DNA of 64,000 nt from an uncultured delta proteobacterium (GTDB taxonomy: Bacteria > Myxococcota_A > UBA9160 > SZUA-336): NCBI GenBank assembly GCA_963704165.1, contig CAVPHD010000012.1, positions 150,532 through 214,531 of the forward strand, read 5' to 3'. Below the pieces are notes generated by a model. The model searched no databases. It was not told where the DNA came from and was given only the letters and a program-made list of their open reading frames with translations. Shown piece by piece: positions 28,591 through 37,673 of this stretch. A program made the translations under genes and the position numbers. How positions within the stretch are numbered: position 1 is the first letter of the stretch; the number at the start of each line of letters is the position of its first letter.

Positions 28591-30635
28591 TGAGAATTGG
28601 AGCGAGCCTCGGACTGATGGTCCTGACCTGCGCGATCGCGAACCCGGTCCTGGCCGGAACCGAATCGACGGTGTGGTCGGGCTACCTCGACTACGCGTAC
28701 GTCTACTCGTCCGCCGATGCCCGCGCGCTGCGCGAGCGCTTGCAGGGCTACGGAAACGAGGCGGGTATCTCGCTCGATCGCTACGTCACCGACTACTTCG
28801 AGACGCTGGCGCCGCACGAATCCGGCGACGAAGAGGCGCTGCAGCGCAGAAAGGCCATCGCCTATCTTCTGCTCCACCTCTCGAAGGGCGCGCCCGACGC
28901 GCTCGAAGCGAGCGTCAAGTCGATTCGCCAGCTCTCCAATCGACTCGACCGGCACGAGAACGCCTACTGGTACCACTACATCCTCGCGACGCGCGCGCTC
29001 GAGCGCGGCAACGCCGGAGACTTCGTCCAGGAGATCCTCGACGTCTGGCTGACCGTCGTGCTGCCGCTCGAGGCGACCTACCAGACACTCGACAATCTCT
29101 CGCTCTCCGACGCGCCGAACTCCGGCTTTCTCGCAGCGCTTCCCTACGTGTACGAGAACACCGCGCGCATGATCGTGCTGCGAAGCCAGGAGAAGGGCGT
29201 CGATCGCGACCTCGACCCGCTCGGAACGATCGTGCGGCTGCTCTACGACGGCCGCGTCGGCGCGTATCCCGACGTGATTCCGCCGGCCGCGTCCTCGCGC
29301 GCCTACCTCGAGCGGATCATCGGCCGCATGGACGGACCGGAGTCCGACGTCGGCAGCCTCACCTTCACGCTCGCGCTGCTCGAGGCCAGCAAGCACCACG
29401 AGAACGCGCGCGGTCTTCTGGCGAAGGAGGGCCTCGGTCCCGCGACGCAGCGCGCGCTGCGCACGACCACCGGCGCCTATGAGATCGCCTTCAAGCGGGC
29501 GCGCACCGTCGAGGGACAGTGCGCGGTGTACTCGCGCGTGCTCCGCGAGATCGGCGAGGTCTACGTCGCGAAGCAGCGGCTCGACACCGAGGTCGAGCTC
29601 GACATGCCGTTCAGCATCGAGGGCGCAATCGGGGTCTGGGCGACGCTGCGCGGATCGATGAACGACGACTGGGAGAAACTCGGCTACCAGAACGTGTCGC
29701 GCGAGCAGTATCTCGACTCGATGCGCCGTCTCTGGGAGGAGATCCAGGAGACGAGTCTCAACGTCGCCGACTACTACCTGTGGCGCGCCGTGAAGGAGCC
29801 ACAACGCGCCGACGAGTACGCGCGCGCGGCCGCCCGCGTCTACGGCCGCTACCTGGGATTCTTCCACCAGTACGCGACGGAGGACGGCAAACCCGCGCTT
29901 CCGGATTCAGCCTACTTCGCGGCGTTCGAAGCGTCGAAGGGCGTCGGCAACGCGCTTCTCGCCTATGCGACGCGGCCGACGTCGGCCGAGGTGGTGCTCG
30001 GAACGGAGCGCTATCGCAGCGCGCTCCTGCTCTTCCCGTTCGATCGCGAGCTCTGGCCCGCGATCACTTCGGGACTCGGCCGTCACGGACGCCAGAGCGA
30101 GTACGCCCGGATCGTGCGCCCGATCGCCGAGCACGTCGCGCGCTCGCGCGCGCTCGCGAGCTGGATCGACGGCGGCGAGCCCGAGTGGAAGCGCCTTTCG
30201 GTCCTCCGAACCGCGCTCGCGGACAGCGAGGTGCTGCTCTACATGGGCTTCGCCGAGAGCTCGAGGATTCCCGCGCTCGACGCGGAGCTCGAAGACCTGC
30301 GAGGCAAGCGCGACACGCTCCTGCGCCAGATCGCGGAGCTCGGCGCGCGGCGCGATGCGGTTCGTGCGCTCCCGCTGGAACAGTTCCCCGCTTCGCCCGA
30401 CGCGGGCGCGGACGATCTGGCCGACGTGGCGCAGAAGCTCGCGGACGCGGAAGCACTCCTCGTTCGCACGGAGCAGCAGATCGCTTCGCGTTCGCGTGCG
30501 CTGCCGCTCTTCAAGGCGACGCTCGAGACCGACGGACTCGCGCAGGAGATGCGCGCCCGGCGCGACCACCCGGTGCACGTGCTGCTTCGGCGCATGTACC
30601 ACGAGGGCCGGCCACTGGAGAAGACGAATGACTGA
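28590..30635 (+). CDS. Large exported alpha-helical (TPR-like) protein with C-terminal coiled coil
   Basis: Signal peptide MRIGASLGLMVLTCAIANPVLA; Tyr/Ala/Leu helical pattern; heptads near the C-terminus. Confidence 0.75.
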   Translation: MRIGASLGLMVLTCAIANPVLAGTESTVWSGYLDYAYVYSSADARALRERLQGYGNEAGISLDRYVTDYFETLAPHESGDEEALQRRKAIAYLLLHLSKGAPDALEASVKSIRQLSNRLDRHENAYWYHYILATRALERGNAGDFVQEILDVWLTVVLPLEATYQTLDNLSLSDAPNSGFLAALPYVYENTARMIVLRSQEKGVDRDLDPLGTIVRLLYDGRVGAYPDVIPPAASSRAYLERIIGRMDGPESDVGSLTFTLALLEASKHHENARGLLAKEGLGPATQRALRTTTGAYEIAFKRARTVEGQCAVYSRVLREIGEVYVAKQRLDTEVELDMPFSIEGAIGVWATLRGSMNDDWEKLGYQNVSREQYLDSMRRLWEEIQETSLNVADYYLWRAVKEPQRADEYARAAARVYGRYLGFFHQYATEDGKPALPDSAYFAAFEASKGVGNALLAYATRPTSAEVVLGTERYRSALLLFPFDRELWPAITSGLGRHGRQSEYARIVRPIAEHVARSRALASWIDGGEPEWKRLSVLRTALADSEVLLYMGFAESSRIPALDAELEDLRGKRDTLLRQIAELGARRDAVRALPLEQFPASPDAGADDLADVAQKLADAEALLVRTEQQIASRSRALPLFKATLETDGLAQEMRARRDHPVHVLLRRMYHEGRPLEKTND

Positions 30636-31158
30636 ACGGACGCTTCGCACCTGGGTCGCCGCCATCGCGTGCAGCGCGCTCGCGGCCTGCGCGTCGTCGG
30701 GGAATCGACCCGCGGATTTCGGCAGCACCGAAAAGGCGGCGGAGGAAACCGCGCCGCTCGGCGGCGCGTCGCTCGATGTCCGCCGCGAGACCATGGGGCG
30801 CATGTACGAGGACCTGATGCACTTCCGCACGTCTCTCGATCACGCCGAGCAACGCGGAGACCGCACGACCCAGGTCGCGCTCAACCACTTCGTCGACGCG
30901 TACATCGGGATGCACCTCGACCCGATGCTCGCCGGCGAATGGCAGAGCCGTCACCCGGAGCTCTGGGGCGTCGATGCCGATCTGCGCCTGGCCAAGGCGC
31001 AGGTCCTGAAGCGGATGCGCGAGCGAACCCGCGCGGACGACGTGCTCGAGGAGATCGGCACGCGCTACGCCGGCCGCGAAGACATGCTCGTGCACTATCC
31101 GCCCGGAAGTCAGAGCCCGCTCGGCAAGGCCGTGCAACTGATTCGCGACGGAAACTGA
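30628..31158 (+). CDS. Hypothetical lipoprotein
   Basis: Lipobox LAAC; helical; start overlaps the upstream gene. Confidence 0.75.
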   Translation: MTERTLRTWVAAIACSALAACASSGNRPADFGSTEKAAEETAPLGGASLDVRRETMGRMYEDLMHFRTSLDHAEQRGDRTTQVALNHFVDAYIGMHLDPMLAGEWQSRHPELWGVDADLRLAKAQVLKRMRERTRADDVLEEIGTRYAGREDMLVHYPPGSQSPLGKAVQLIRDGN

Positions 31159-31171
31159 GGAAGGATCCCCG

Positions 31172-31801
31172 ATGGACGGCTCCATGCTCTCGACCCAGGC
31201 CACGATCGTCATCGTCATGAGCGGCCTCTCGCTCGTCGCGATCTGCGTTCCTCTCTATCGAGGTCTCGCGCTGGCCATGCGCGCGTCGAAGGCGACGCGG
31301 TTCGTGCCTCGTCCCGCGCTCGAGAAGAGCCTGCAATTCTCGACGAAGGGCCCCGCCGACTCCATCGCCGTGCTCATGCTTCGCGTGCTCGCCAAGTCGC
31401 TGCGCTCGCCCGACGCCCGTGCGGTGGCGAGCGACTTCGTCGTCGATGCGAGCCGGCAGTTCGTGATGAACGAGTACGAGTCCAGCTACGCGCGGCCGAT
31501 CTCGATGTACTCGAACCTGCTCCCGCCGATCGGTCTGGCCGGAAACGCGATCGGAATGCTGATCCTGCTGGTCTCGAAGCACATGGCCGGCACGCCGCTC
31601 GAGCTCGGCGCGCTCGGACTCGCGCTGTCGTCGACGATCTTCGCGCTGCTCGGCTACGCGCTGCTCGAGGCGATCAAGCTGCGGCTCTACGGCCGGATGC
31701 TGCGCTGCCTCGAAGAGGTCGTCTCGCTGCACCGCATGGCCGAGGAGCGCGCGGAGCGCCCGGCCGCGTCGGGTGCGGCGCCTCTGCCGTCGCCCGCCTG
31801 A
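31172..31801 (+). CDS. Divergent MotA/TolQ/ExbB proton-channel protein
   Basis: Three TM segments; LLPPIGLAGNAIGM and ALSSTIFAL match the PxxGLLGTVxGM / ALxTTxxGL pattern; RBS GAGG/AAGGA. Confidence 0.75.
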   Translation: MDGSMLSTQATIVIVMSGLSLVAICVPLYRGLALAMRASKATRFVPRPALEKSLQFSTKGPADSIAVLMLRVLAKSLRSPDARAVASDFVVDASRQFVMNEYESSYARPISMYSNLLPPIGLAGNAIGMLILLVSKHMAGTPLELGALGLALSSTIFALLGYALLEAIKLRLYGRMLRCLEEVVSLHRMAEERAERPAASGAAPLPSPA

Positions 31802-31807
31802 TCCGGG

Positions 31808-33943
31808 TCAGATTCGCGGCGGCGTGGCGACTTCGAGCCTCGTCGAGAAGCCGCGTTCCCGAAGCAGGACGGTGACCGGACCGAGCTCCGAGATCTGCTC
31901 GAAGCCGATCAAGTAGACGTCGTAGCGATCGCGCTCGTCGCCGCGCCACGGCACGAGCGCGGGTGTTCCCGCGAGGCCGCGGATCTCCTCGACGACGAGA
32001 TCGGCCTCCGCCCGCGTCGCGCGCGTCGCCACGAGCACCGCGTACGGCGCGCTCGTGAGCGAGCCCAGCGGACCGACGCGAAGCAGCTGGCGCTCGAAGG
32101 CGAGGCGGCGCGTCGTCGATTCAGCCCGCTGCTCCTCCGGTGAGTCGATCCGGGTCGCCTGCACCGCGGTGACGAGGCGCCGCGTTCGTGCGACGTCGCG
32201 CGTCGAACGGAAGAACCAGCCCAGGATGGGGATGTCCATCAGATAGGGCACGCCGGTCACCGTGCTCGCGGTCGTGTCGGCGGGCGCCGCGGCCACGAGC
32301 ATCACCGCACCATCGGTCAGCCGCACGTTCGCATCCACGTCGAACTTGCGCAGCGTCGGCCCGCGCTCCTCGCTCGAGGTCTCCGATTCGCTCACGACCG
32401 TCAACGCATCGGCCACGGAGCTCACCGTGACGTGGAGCTCCAACACGATGATGTCTTCGGTGACGACGGTCGGCGTGATCTTCAGATCGACGCCGACGTC
32501 CTGACGCTGGATCGCGACCGAAGTCACGAACGGATCGGTCGAGCTCGTTCCACTCGCGTCGGTGCCGAAGTCCGTCGTGGCCGCGGCGCCGGACGAGACG
32601 GGGATCGGCACCTGATCGCCGCTGAAGATGCGCTGCTCCTCGCCGGCCGCGGCGAGCAGGTACGGACTGGTCAGCGCGCGGATCGAGACGTCGCCCTGCG
32701 CCGCTGTGATCTGCGCGCCGCCGGTCGGCACGACGGCGACGGTGGGTAGACCGTCGGGCCCGATGATCGGAATCACCAGCGGCGTGCGCGTGAATCGCGC
32801 CAGGAAGGGCTGCGCCTCGGGGGGAGCGAGCAGGCTCGCGGCGTCGCCGATCGCGGTGAACGCGATCGTGTCGTTCGGATCCTCGATGTGGACGAGCGGG
32901 AGCAGCGCGTCGAAGCCGAGCTCGACGCCCTTCGCCGTCTCGACGTCCCAGACGTGCACCTCGATCCCGACCCGCGCTGGGATCCGGTCGAGCTCGCCGA
33001 TCACCCGGCTGACCTGCGCGAAGACCGCGGGCGTCGCGCGGATCACGAGCGAGTTCGTCGCGTCGTCGGTGACGATTTCGAGCGCCGAATCCGGTAGACC
33101 GGAGGCGTCGGCGGACTCGAGCTCGAGTCCGCGCAGATGATCCGCGAGCACTTCGGCCTCGGCGTTCACGACGCGGACGACGTGCACGCCGCTCGCCGAG
33201 CGTGTCGGAAGATCGAGCGTCTCGATCAGGGCGCCGACCTCGGCGACGCGCGCGGGGGGACCCTGGACGAGAAGCGAGTTCGTGCGCGAATCGACGACGA
33301 CACGCCAGGGTCGTTCGGGCGCGTTCCCGGAACCGAACGCCTCGTCGAGCTGGCCGGCGAGCGTCTCGGCATCGGCGTAGCGCAGCGGGAAGACCCGCAG
33401 CTCCGTCTTCGAGGCCTTGTCGAGCGATCGCACCACCACGAGCATCGCGGCGAGACGATCTTCGGGAGCGGCGATGATCAGACCGTTCGTCGCCGGATAC
33501 GGCAGCACGATCGCGGCGCGCGTGTCGCGACCGAGGATGTCGGCGATCTCGTCGGGATCGGCCGAGTCGAGCCGGACGAGGGTCGTCACGAGTCGCGCCG
33601 ACTCGCTCGACGCCTCGTCATACAGCCACGGTGCGGCGCCGCGACTGGCCTCGATCGGCAGGATCTTCCAGATGCCGTCGGGACCGGGAGTCGTCGCGTA
33701 CCCGGTCATCAGGAGCGCCGCGTTCAGGACCTCGAGCGCTTCGTCCGCGGTGATCTCGTCTTCGAGGATGATCGTCGCGCGACCGCGGAGATCCCGGTCG
33801 TATACGAAGCGCTGACCGGTCGCGCGCGCGACCGCTTCGACGATCGCCGTGATCTCCGCGTTGCGGAAGTTCAGCACGAGCCCCTGGCCCCGCGCGGAGG
33901 CGGCGAGCAGGATCACGATCGCGAAGCCGGCGAGCGCGCGCAT
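31808..33943 (-). CDS. gspD: GspD-type secretin with C-terminal SPOR-like domain
   Basis: N0 LNFRNAEI..IVEAVA..TG, three Secretin_N repeats (TNGLII, TNSLLV, TNSLVI), DVGVDLKITP, GVPYLMDIPILGWFFRS. Confidence 0.88.
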   Translation of the reverse strand: MRALAGFAIVILLAASARGQGLVLNFRNAEITAIVEAVARATGQRFVYDRDLRGRATIILEDEITADEALEVLNAALLMTGYATTPGPDGIWKILPIEASRGAAPWLYDEASSESARLVTTLVRLDSADPDEIADILGRDTRAAIVLPYPATNGLIIAAPEDRLAAMLVVVRSLDKASKTELRVFPLRYADAETLAGQLDEAFGSGNAPERPWRVVVDSRTNSLLVQGPPARVAEVGALIETLDLPTRSASGVHVVRVVNAEAEVLADHLRGLELESADASGLPDSALEIVTDDATNSLVIRATPAVFAQVSRVIGELDRIPARVGIEVHVWDVETAKGVELGFDALLPLVHIEDPNDTIAFTAIGDAASLLAPPEAQPFLARFTRTPLVIPIIGPDGLPTVAVVPTGGAQITAAQGDVSIRALTSPYLLAAAGEEQRIFSGDQVPIPVSSGAAATTDFGTDASGTSSTDPFVTSVAIQRQDVGVDLKITPTVVTEDIIVLELHVTVSSVADALTVVSESETSSEERGPTLRKFDVDANVRLTDGAVMLVAAAPADTTASTVTGVPYLMDIPILGWFFRSTRDVARTRRLVTAVQATRIDSPEEQRAESTTRRLAFERQLLRVGPLGSLTSAPYAVLVATRATRAEADLVVEEIRGLAGTPALVPWRGDERDRYDVYLIGFEQISELGPVTVLLRERGFSTRLEVATPPRI

Positions 33944-33988
33944 GCGGCGGAGAATACCGCCGCCGGTCGGCGCGCGCCGTGAAGCGCC

Positions 33989-35494
33989 TCAGACGATCGG
34001 TGCGAACGCGATCAGGGCATCGAAGGACGCGCCCGAGCCGAGGCCGTGCGTCGGCAGGACCGACCCGAAGCTCCCGACGCGGTCGTGCAGCGCCAGGTAG
34101 TTCAGAACCACCGCCTCGGCGAGCAGCGCGACGTTGTTCGCGACCGCGGTCGATGCGGTCTCGACCGACCCGGAGGGCCGGAAGTAACCGATCTGCTGTG
34201 CCGTCGCGCGCGTCATCGCGGGCCGGCCCGTGGGGCTGTAGACCAGAACCAGGTTCGCGGCGGTGTCCGAGCTGTCGCCCTTCCAGATCCCCTTGCCGCG
34301 CCCGTCGGCGGAGTTGTCGAGCACGCCGTCGCTCGAGAGCGAGCCGTCCGAGAGCACGTAGAGCATGAGCGGCGCCGCGCGCCGCGCGGCGAACTCGAGC
34401 GCCGCTCCCATCATCTGACCGGCCAGGAAGTCGCGGACCTCGCCGGTCGCGCGCGTGCTGTCGTGGTAGTCGTAGCCACCCTGCTCGATCGTGCCCGCGC
34501 CCGCGAAGCCTTCGACGACGAGCTTCATCACCGCCGCGGTCTTCGCGAAGCGGCCCTGATTGAGCTCGGCCGCGGTGAAGATCGGATTGGCGCCGGTGGC
34601 GATGTCGGGATCGACCAGCGGGTTCACCAGATCGGGATTTCCGTAGCGCGCGATCAGGTCGGTCGTCTGGGTGTAGTTGCACAGGATCTGAGACTCGAGC
34701 GCCGGGTCCTCGTTCTCGTGCGCGAGCTTGATCGCGCTGATCTCCTCGGCCGCGCGCGCGACCTGCCCGGCCTGCGTCTGGTTCAAGAGCGACACGAGAT
34801 TTCCGGTGTCGATCAGTCCGGTCGCGTCGCGCGCGGAATCGACCTTGGTCGGACGCTTGGTCGGATCGATCATCGACATCGGCGCTTCCGAGTTTCCGCC
34901 CGAGACCGAGCTCACCGAACCGACGAGCGTGACGAGCTCGCCGTCCGCGCCGGCGCGGTTGATGCCGTACATGGGATTGTGCGGGTTGTTGTCGGTGTCG
35001 TTGTCGGAGCGCGCGCAGAAGATCGTTCCGTTGACGTTCGCACGCGTTGCAGCCGAGGTCTTCGACAGGATGCCGCGCAGGAACGCGCTGTCGGAGTGGA
35101 ACGCGATGCCGAGCTCGGTGTTCACCTGACCCGCGTTGCCCGGCGTCATGTCCGAGGGCAGGCCGAGCTTCGAGTAGCCTTCGCCGGTGAGGAGATCGAG
35201 CTGACCGCCGGGTCCACCGACGAGAACGTTCGAACCGGCGATGCTCGCGCCTCCGGCGAGATCGATGCACAGGAACGGAATCAGCCCCGCGCCCGCGCGC
35301 AGCACGCAGCCCGCGCCCTGAGCGCGCGCGGTCGAGGCGCGAAGCAGCGAGAGCAGCGTCGGCGCCATGACCAGGCCCGCGCCCGAGAGCAGCCCGCGCG
35401 CGAGGAAGTCGCGGCGCGTGACCGGACGCCGGTGGTCCTCGAGCCGGAGCGGCGCGTCCGCAGGGTGGGTGTGTCTTCGCTTCATCTCGCTCAC
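33989..35494 (-). CDS. Tat-exported uncharacterised protein (DUF1501-like)
   Basis: Twin-arginine TRRDFL leader; IDLAGGA, GGYDYHD, SDGS motifs. Confidence 0.75.
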   Translation of the reverse strand: MSEMKRRHTHPADAPLRLEDHRRPVTRRDFLARGLLSGAGLVMAPTLLSLLRASTARAQGAGCVLRAGAGLIPFLCIDLAGGASIAGSNVLVGGPGGQLDLLTGEGYSKLGLPSDMTPGNAGQVNTELGIAFHSDSAFLRGILSKTSAATRANVNGTIFCARSDNDTDNNPHNPMYGINRAGADGELVTLVGSVSSVSGGNSEAPMSMIDPTKRPTKVDSARDATGLIDTGNLVSLLNQTQAGQVARAAEEISAIKLAHENEDPALESQILCNYTQTTDLIARYGNPDLVNPLVDPDIATGANPIFTAAELNQGRFAKTAAVMKLVVEGFAGAGTIEQGGYDYHDSTRATGEVRDFLAGQMMGAALEFAARRAAPLMLYVLSDGSLSSDGVLDNSADGRGKGIWKGDSSDTAANLVLVYSPTGRPAMTRATAQQIGYFRPSGSVETASTAVANNVALLAEAVVLNYLALHDRVGSFGSVLPTHGLGSGASFDALIAFAPIV

Positions 35495-35504
35495 CTCTTC
35501 CGTG

Positions 35505-37670
35505 CTAGTGCAGCTGCACCGCGGCGCTCGATAGCACCGCTGCGCAGACGCCCTTCACGACGTTTCGCGTGTGGCTCGCCGGGCACGACGCCGCGCTGCA
35601 CCCCGCCGTCAGCTGGTCGATCAACGTGTCGAGGTGCGAGCGCACCTCGGACGCGGCCGGCTGGTTCGCGAGCGACGTCCCGAGCATTTGCGTCGAGATG
35701 GGAGCGATCACGGAATCCCGTTGCGCCGTCGTCGAGAACGCGGTCGTGGCGGGCAGGGTCCAGTCGAAGCCCGCGCCGAAGAACGCGGTCCGCAGGGTCG
35801 TGTTCTCGATCATCTGATCGCAGTAGTCGAGCGCGAGCCGCGAGATGCCGACCTGGTGCGCAGAGACGAAGGCCTCGACGTCGCTGTCGCCCGGCAGCGC
35901 CTGCTGCAGCTCGATCCAGGTCGCGCGCACGATCGCATTGGTCGCGGGAACACCCGTGATCTCGGACATCGAGTCGTTGATCTGCGAGAAGTCGCGGATG
36001 CCGATGCCGGCCGACGGCAGGACCACGCCCGGCGTGGGCGGCGGAGATCCCGGCAGATCGACCATCGGGCTCGAGAAGTCGCCGATCGCGTCGAAGAAGA
36101 CGTGGAAGACGTCGAGATCGACGCCGAGATCCTTCGGCACGACCTGACACTGCTCGGAAAGCCGCGTGCTCGTCTGCGTGATCGCGGTGTCGAGCAGGCG
36201 GAAGCTCTGGCTCGCGACCGGCGCCACGCCGTTCACCGAGATGCGGATCGTCTGCACGCTGAAGCCCGTCCGCCCGCCGGAGTTCAACACCGGTGCGCAG
36301 AACAGGTAGCTGTAGGCGTCGAACTCGCTGACCGTGAACTCGACCCAGGCGTCCGGCGCGAGCGCATCGTCGAGCCCGAAGCGCAGCGTGTAGCGCTGGT
36401 TCGCACCGGCGAGGAAGTTCTGCGTGATCTGCTCCTGCGTGAGGATGTCCTCGTAGATGGCGACGAGCTTCACGATTCCGTGCCACGCGCGGTTGTTGCT
36501 CGTCTCGTTTCCGACCGCGAACGTGTACCCCGGGTCCCAGCTCACGAGCAGGGCGGGTGCGACCTCGTCCACGTCGTCGGTGAAGACGCCATCGACGAAG
36601 ATGCGCCGACCGCGCGTCTGGTCGTAGGTGAGCACCACGTGCTGCAGCATCGCCTGCAGGTCCTCGTCGGCGTCGGCCGTGACGAGCGCGGGTTCGCCGT
36701 TCGTGCTGACCAAGGGGTTCACGCTGCGATTGCGGTAGACGTAGTTGTACATGACCTGGCCGAGCATGAAGTTGCGCGCGCCGGTTCCGCTCGAGTACGA
36801 GAGGATGCGCGCGGGACCTTCCTGCGTCGTGTTCGCCGGGATCAGCCAGCTCTCGATCGAGTACTGCTGCATTCCGCTGCCGCTCGCGAGCTCGTTGTAG
36901 AGCTTGCGGCTGTCGGTCGCGTTCGAGCTCGCCTTGCCGCCGGTGAACTCGAGACCGCCGCCGGAAACCCAGCCGACGTCGCCCGAGAGCGCCAGGTTCA
37001 TCGTCGGGCCGACGCGGCTCGTGTCGAGCGCGACCGATCCCGAGCCTTCCGCGAACTTCCAGAGCGCGATCGGGTTGCCCTCGTAGCGCCCGCTCTCGGC
37101 GCGGACCGCGGAGAGGAACGTCCGCCCGTCGCTCGCGATGATCGTCGGCGGGATCTCCGTTCCCGGATCGTTCGGATCGGGATTCGCGACGACGACCGCG
37201 TCGGCCCAGAGCTGGATCGCGGCCTGCATCGCGTCGGCGTCGGAGTCGCAGTTGTTCCAGCAGAAGTGGCGATCCGTGCGCAGGCGCTCGACCAGACGCG
37301 AGCGCGAGGGATCGAGCAGGTTCACCTTCTGGTTGTCGATCACCGCGCGAAACGCCGTCTCGCCGTCGGGATGCGAGATGTGCGGGAAGCCCGGACCCGA
37401 ACCGACGTGACACTGCACGCAGTACTGCCGCGTCAGCGGATGGACGTTGGCTTCGAAGGCCGCCTGCCCGATCGCGCCGCCGCCCGCGGGCACGCCGACA
37501 CCCACACCGCCGCCACCGGCGCCGGTATTCGACGGCACGTTCGTCGGCGCGGAGCCGATGTCGCGGCCGCCTTCGCCCTCGCCGCCGCCACCCCCGCCGC
37601 CACCACAGCCCGAGGCCGCGACGAGGACCGAGAGCGACAGCGCAATCGTGTAAGTCCGGCTCGTGCTCAT
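35505..37670 (-). CDS. Lipoprotein with c-type heme motif and LamG-like jellyroll domain
   Basis: Lipobox ASGC with Gly linker; CVQCH; LamG motifs ALWKFAEGSG, YSIESW, HVVLTYD, IFVDG, WHGIVKLVAIY; Cys-rich C-terminus. Confidence 0.82.
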   Translation of the reverse strand: MSTSRTYTIALSLSVLVAASGCGGGGGGGGEGEGGRDIGSAPTNVPSNTGAGGGGVGVGVPAGGGAIGQAAFEANVHPLTRQYCVQCHVGSGPGFPHISHPDGETAFRAVIDNQKVNLLDPSRSRLVERLRTDRHFCWNNCDSDADAMQAAIQLWADAVVVANPDPNDPGTEIPPTIIASDGRTFLSAVRAESGRYEGNPIALWKFAEGSGSVALDTSRVGPTMNLALSGDVGWVSGGGLEFTGGKASSNATDSRKLYNELASGSGMQQYSIESWLIPANTTQEGPARILSYSSGTGARNFMLGQVMYNYVYRNRSVNPLVSTNGEPALVTADADEDLQAMLQHVVLTYDQTRGRRIFVDGVFTDDVDEVAPALLVSWDPGYTFAVGNETSNNRAWHGIVKLVAIYEDILTQEQITQNFLAGANQRYTLRFGLDDALAPDAWVEFTVSEFDAYSYLFCAPVLNSGGRTGFSVQTIRISVNGVAPVASQSFRLLDTAITQTSTRLSEQCQVVPKDLGVDLDVFHVFFDAIGDFSSPMVDLPGSPPPTPGVVLPSAGIGIRDFSQINDSMSEITGVPATNAIVRATWIELQQALPGDSDVEAFVSAHQVGISRLALDYCDQMIENTTLRTAFFGAGFDWTLPATTAFSTTAQRDSVIAPISTQMLGTSLANQPAASEVRSHLDTLIDQLTAGCSAASCPASHTRNVVKGVCAAVLSSAAVQLH

Positions 37671-37673
37671 CGC

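Noticed and set aside
27420..30635. A single 1071-aa protein
   Set aside because: Better explained as two genes joined by a 1-nt frameshift; there is an internal signal peptide at 28590
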